This document shows, one piece after another, positions 60,878-64,000 of a stretch of 64,000 nucleotides of DNA. The translations under genes and the position numbers were made by a program. Each line of letters begins with the position of its first letter. The first letter of the stretch is position 1. This stretch comes from Podarcis filfolensis (taxonomy: Eukaryota), in NCBI GenBank assembly GCA_964270895.1, contig OZ185441.1. The stretch is one strand, 5' to 3'. The notes beneath the pieces are model-generated. The model was not told where the DNA came from, searched no databases, and saw only the letters and a program-made list of their open reading frames with translations.

Positions 60878-62749
60878 AAGGGACCCCCAGCTATCGAAAG
60901 CACAGGAAATACTGCTTTGTAGGCACCATTTTACAACTCTTATTTGCTAATAAATGCCAACATTTTTTTATTTGCATATTGAAACCTCATTTTAAATTTG
61001 CAATAAAGTCACATATGAAAGGATCGTACATTAGTAGCATAGAAATATGCAAGATTTCAGATTAAAGCACATTTCAGATTAAATTGAAGAGTTTCTTTAA
61101 TTTTTGTTCTGTTTATGTTACTTCGTGATTATACATAGATTTGTGAATTTAAATTTATTATTTATTATTGAATTATTGAAATTAATCTCTATATAGCTAT
61201 AAAAAGGTGCCTTGAAGTCTCCAACCCAGTCAACCTCAGACTTAAATCAACAATTCATATATTGAAGCTGGTGACCCCATAATATATTATTATAACGTAT
61301 TATTTTCCGTATGTGAATCAGTAAGAGAGTGGCAGAATTAGGGTTGATAGACTTTCAATTATTGTGCATTATGCACTTTTAGAAATTATTTAAATAGGCA
61401 TTTCCATGATGGACTATTATGGGTATTCTGCCTGCTATGGTCCATTGAGTACATATTATGTCCTATAAAAATAGCAATAAAGCTTTATGGAAGAAAAAAT
61501 ATGCATTATATAAAATGTTATAAAACCCTTGAACGCCTGTGGTGAAAGATACAGCTTGTCATAGGCATTATGTTTTTAAGTACAATGAATAATCCCATCT
61601 GAAAAGCTATACACACATGCACACAAATGGAAATTAAATATATACAGGCCATAAATTGATATGAGTGCATGGTTTGAACTCCCCAAATCACTGAATTTTT
61701 CGTGATTTTTAAAAAAGTATTATTATGACTTCAAAACGCAAAGTGCTGTTGAGCAGCCTGTTAGCTCCTTATTTTCTACAGAATTGCCCATTTGCTTTGA
61801 CTGGCGTTGGAATCCGCATATACAAGTTTTAGCCATTCTGGAATTACTGTGGCACAATAAAACATTTTTCATAACACAGTAGAAGTTGCCTGCATCCTTC
61901 CTTAATATTATATAGCCAATATTGGAGGATAATAAAAAAGGCAAGTGTAAAAGTTACAAGGTGCTTTTCTTCTGTAAAGAAAACAACTGGTGACCATTAA
62001 TCTGAAAGCCTTATTTACATTAAACCTTCAAATCCAAATCTGTATCATCCATTTGCTGTGTCAGATATGTTTGTGTGTGGAGGGGTGGGGGTTAGCAATG
62101 GCTCTGAAGCTGAGCACCCAGTGGCTTTCTATTGAGGAGCAGCAGATAAGTGGCTTTGTAGGCAGGAATCAGAGGCTGCTCTATTTCAGCACAAGCCAAC
62201 TCTTGGCTTGGTTAATAGGGTGAGAGCTCTTGTACTGTTGGATGACTGAAAAACCTGTGGCCCTCCAGAAGTGTCCCTTCAAATTTCACTAGTGCATTAC
62301 ACCAGTCAACTGCTGAAAGCAAAAGTTAGGTATTCTGTGGGCGTGGATGACGAACATGCAACTCTTCAGGAGGAGGAATAGCAGAGTTACTCTCCTCCTA
62401 GAAGTGTAGAAGTTTTGTTCCTGTAAATGGTCCCAGTGTCTTAGCCACTGTATCTTTTAAAAACAGTACTATATCTTTAAAACACGCAAGCACACACACA
62501 ATGCACACTGATATTTTATGCAATCCATGCTGTTATTTTATGCAAGCAAATTGAAATTTCTATGCAAAGGCATGGAATTTGTCAGTTGCTACCTTGCTGC
62601 AGCAGAGGGCTGCTCTGAGTTTTCAGATGTGTCAGTCACATCACTTTGATCTGAAGGTAATAGTGTCTTTTAAAGTGAGGCTTTTATTGATTAGCAGAGC
62701 AAAACATGGTTTCTGAAGTTTTCATAAATGTGATTATTGCCAATATGCA

Positions 62750-63192
62750 GTATAGTTAAAGCTATGGTTTTCCCAGTAGTGATGTACAGAAGTGAGAGCT
62801 GTACCATAAAGAAGGCTGATCGCCGAAGAATTGATGCTTTTGAATTATGGTGCTGGAGGAGACTCTTGAGAGTCCCATGGACTGCAAGAAGATCAAACCT
62901 ATCCATTCTTAAGGAAATCAACCCTGGAAGGACAGATCCTGAAGCTGAGACTCCAATACTTTGGCCACCTCATGAGAAGAGAAGACTCCCTGGAAAAGAC
63001 CCTGATGTTGGGAAAGATAGAGGGCACAAGGAGAAGGGGATGACAGAGGACGAGATGGTTGGATAGTGTTCTCGAAGCTACCAGCATGAGTTTGACCAAA
63101 CTGTGGGAGGGAGTGGAAGACAGAAGTGCCTGGCGTGCTCTGGTCCATGGGGTCACGAAGAGTCGGACACGACTAAATGACTAAACAACACA
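62750..63192 (+). mobile_element. BovB 3' fragment (about 440 bp)
   Basis: VKAMVFPVVMY..ESCTIKKADRRRIDAFELWCWRRLLRVPWTARRSN; (CAA) tail; small internal deletion. Confidence 0.95.
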
Positions 63193-63439
63193 AAGCTCTT
63201 GGTTCCTGCAAAACTGGGTGTCTGGGGAATAGCCTCTCATACATAGCTGTCATAAGTCTGAAGCATAACCCTCATTGATAGAATTTCCTGTATACCAGAT
63301 AGTTGTCTTAATAAATATCCTGTTAGAGAGACTGTTGAGTTGCTACTATGCCGTAATTGCAATACACACTTTGAAACACGTTTGACACAGCTGAATTAAT
63401 TTCCCAGAATGAAATACTCTCACATCTCCAAACAATTAA

Positions 63440-63560
63440 AAACATGTGAAGTATCTTGCTGGATCAAACCAGTTGCCCATCTAATTCAGCCTCCTGTACA
63501 CACAATAAGCAACCAGAAACCTATGAGAACCCACAAGCAGGATATTAGTGCAACATCATT
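63440..63560 (-). mobile_element. Old CR1-type / LF-SINE-type 3' end relic
   Basis: GCTGGATCAAACCAG..GCCCATCTA..TCAGC resembles the reverse complement of the terminus at about 34230-34278. Confidence 0.4.
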
Positions 63561-64000
63561 CTCTCGGTTGTGGTCCCTTCCCCCAATATGGTTAAACTTG
63601 GTGGCCAGGTTATTCTTATTCTGCTTTGCTTATTGGCATCTTTACCTTGACTAGACTTGGCTTCATTTGCCCCTATAGGTCAGTACATGTGGTTGTGATG
63701 ATCAGTTATTATTTCTCTTATTACCATCCAGTATGTCATCATATCAGATGTCATTGGCAATTTTTTATGGGCTGCCACAGGCAATAGGATTAAAGCAATA
63801 GGATTCAATGGCCAATTCAGCTTCTCCCTTACAGCTCATGCAGCCTCCAAAAATCGTATCTGGAGGGGCTTTTGTGGGATGATGAAGACTATAGGAAATT
63901 CCCCTCCAGGGTCCTGCTTGAATGACACAAGATGGATACAATGGCACCAGAAGGATAGAACTTCATAAAAGCAAGCAATTCTCAAGAATTTAGCATATAA

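Overview
AT-rich, repeat-dense vertebrate genomic DNA, almost certainly from a squamate reptile. Sauria SINEs, a Squam3 SINE with a (CTT)n tail and BovB LINEs point to a lacertid lizard (inference from repeat content). I could not recognise any host protein-coding gene or host RNA gene. Every ORF I can interpret is a retroelement fragment (BovB/RTE, L1, L2, Penelope GIY-YIG), so the window looks like a large intron or intergenic region. It contains 5 Sauria SINEs, 1 Squam3 SINE, 4 BovB copies, several CR1/L2/L1/RTE 3' fragments, about 6 solo LTRs, Tc1/mariner- and hAT-type MITEs, microsatellites and a 200-N gap. The most notable structure is a young Penelope-like insertion (6891-7526, 12-bp TSD) whose two inverted pseudo-LTRs each carry an intact minimal hammerhead ribozyme motif. 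Other oddities are a composite DNA element that appears to have captured an L2 3' end (two copies), a composite LTR, a MITE nested in a MITE, a 162-bp palindrome and an unclassified multi-hairpin GC-rich element. A few orphan exon-like cassettes are listed as weak leads only. I did not find convincing evidence of a wholly new biological system.
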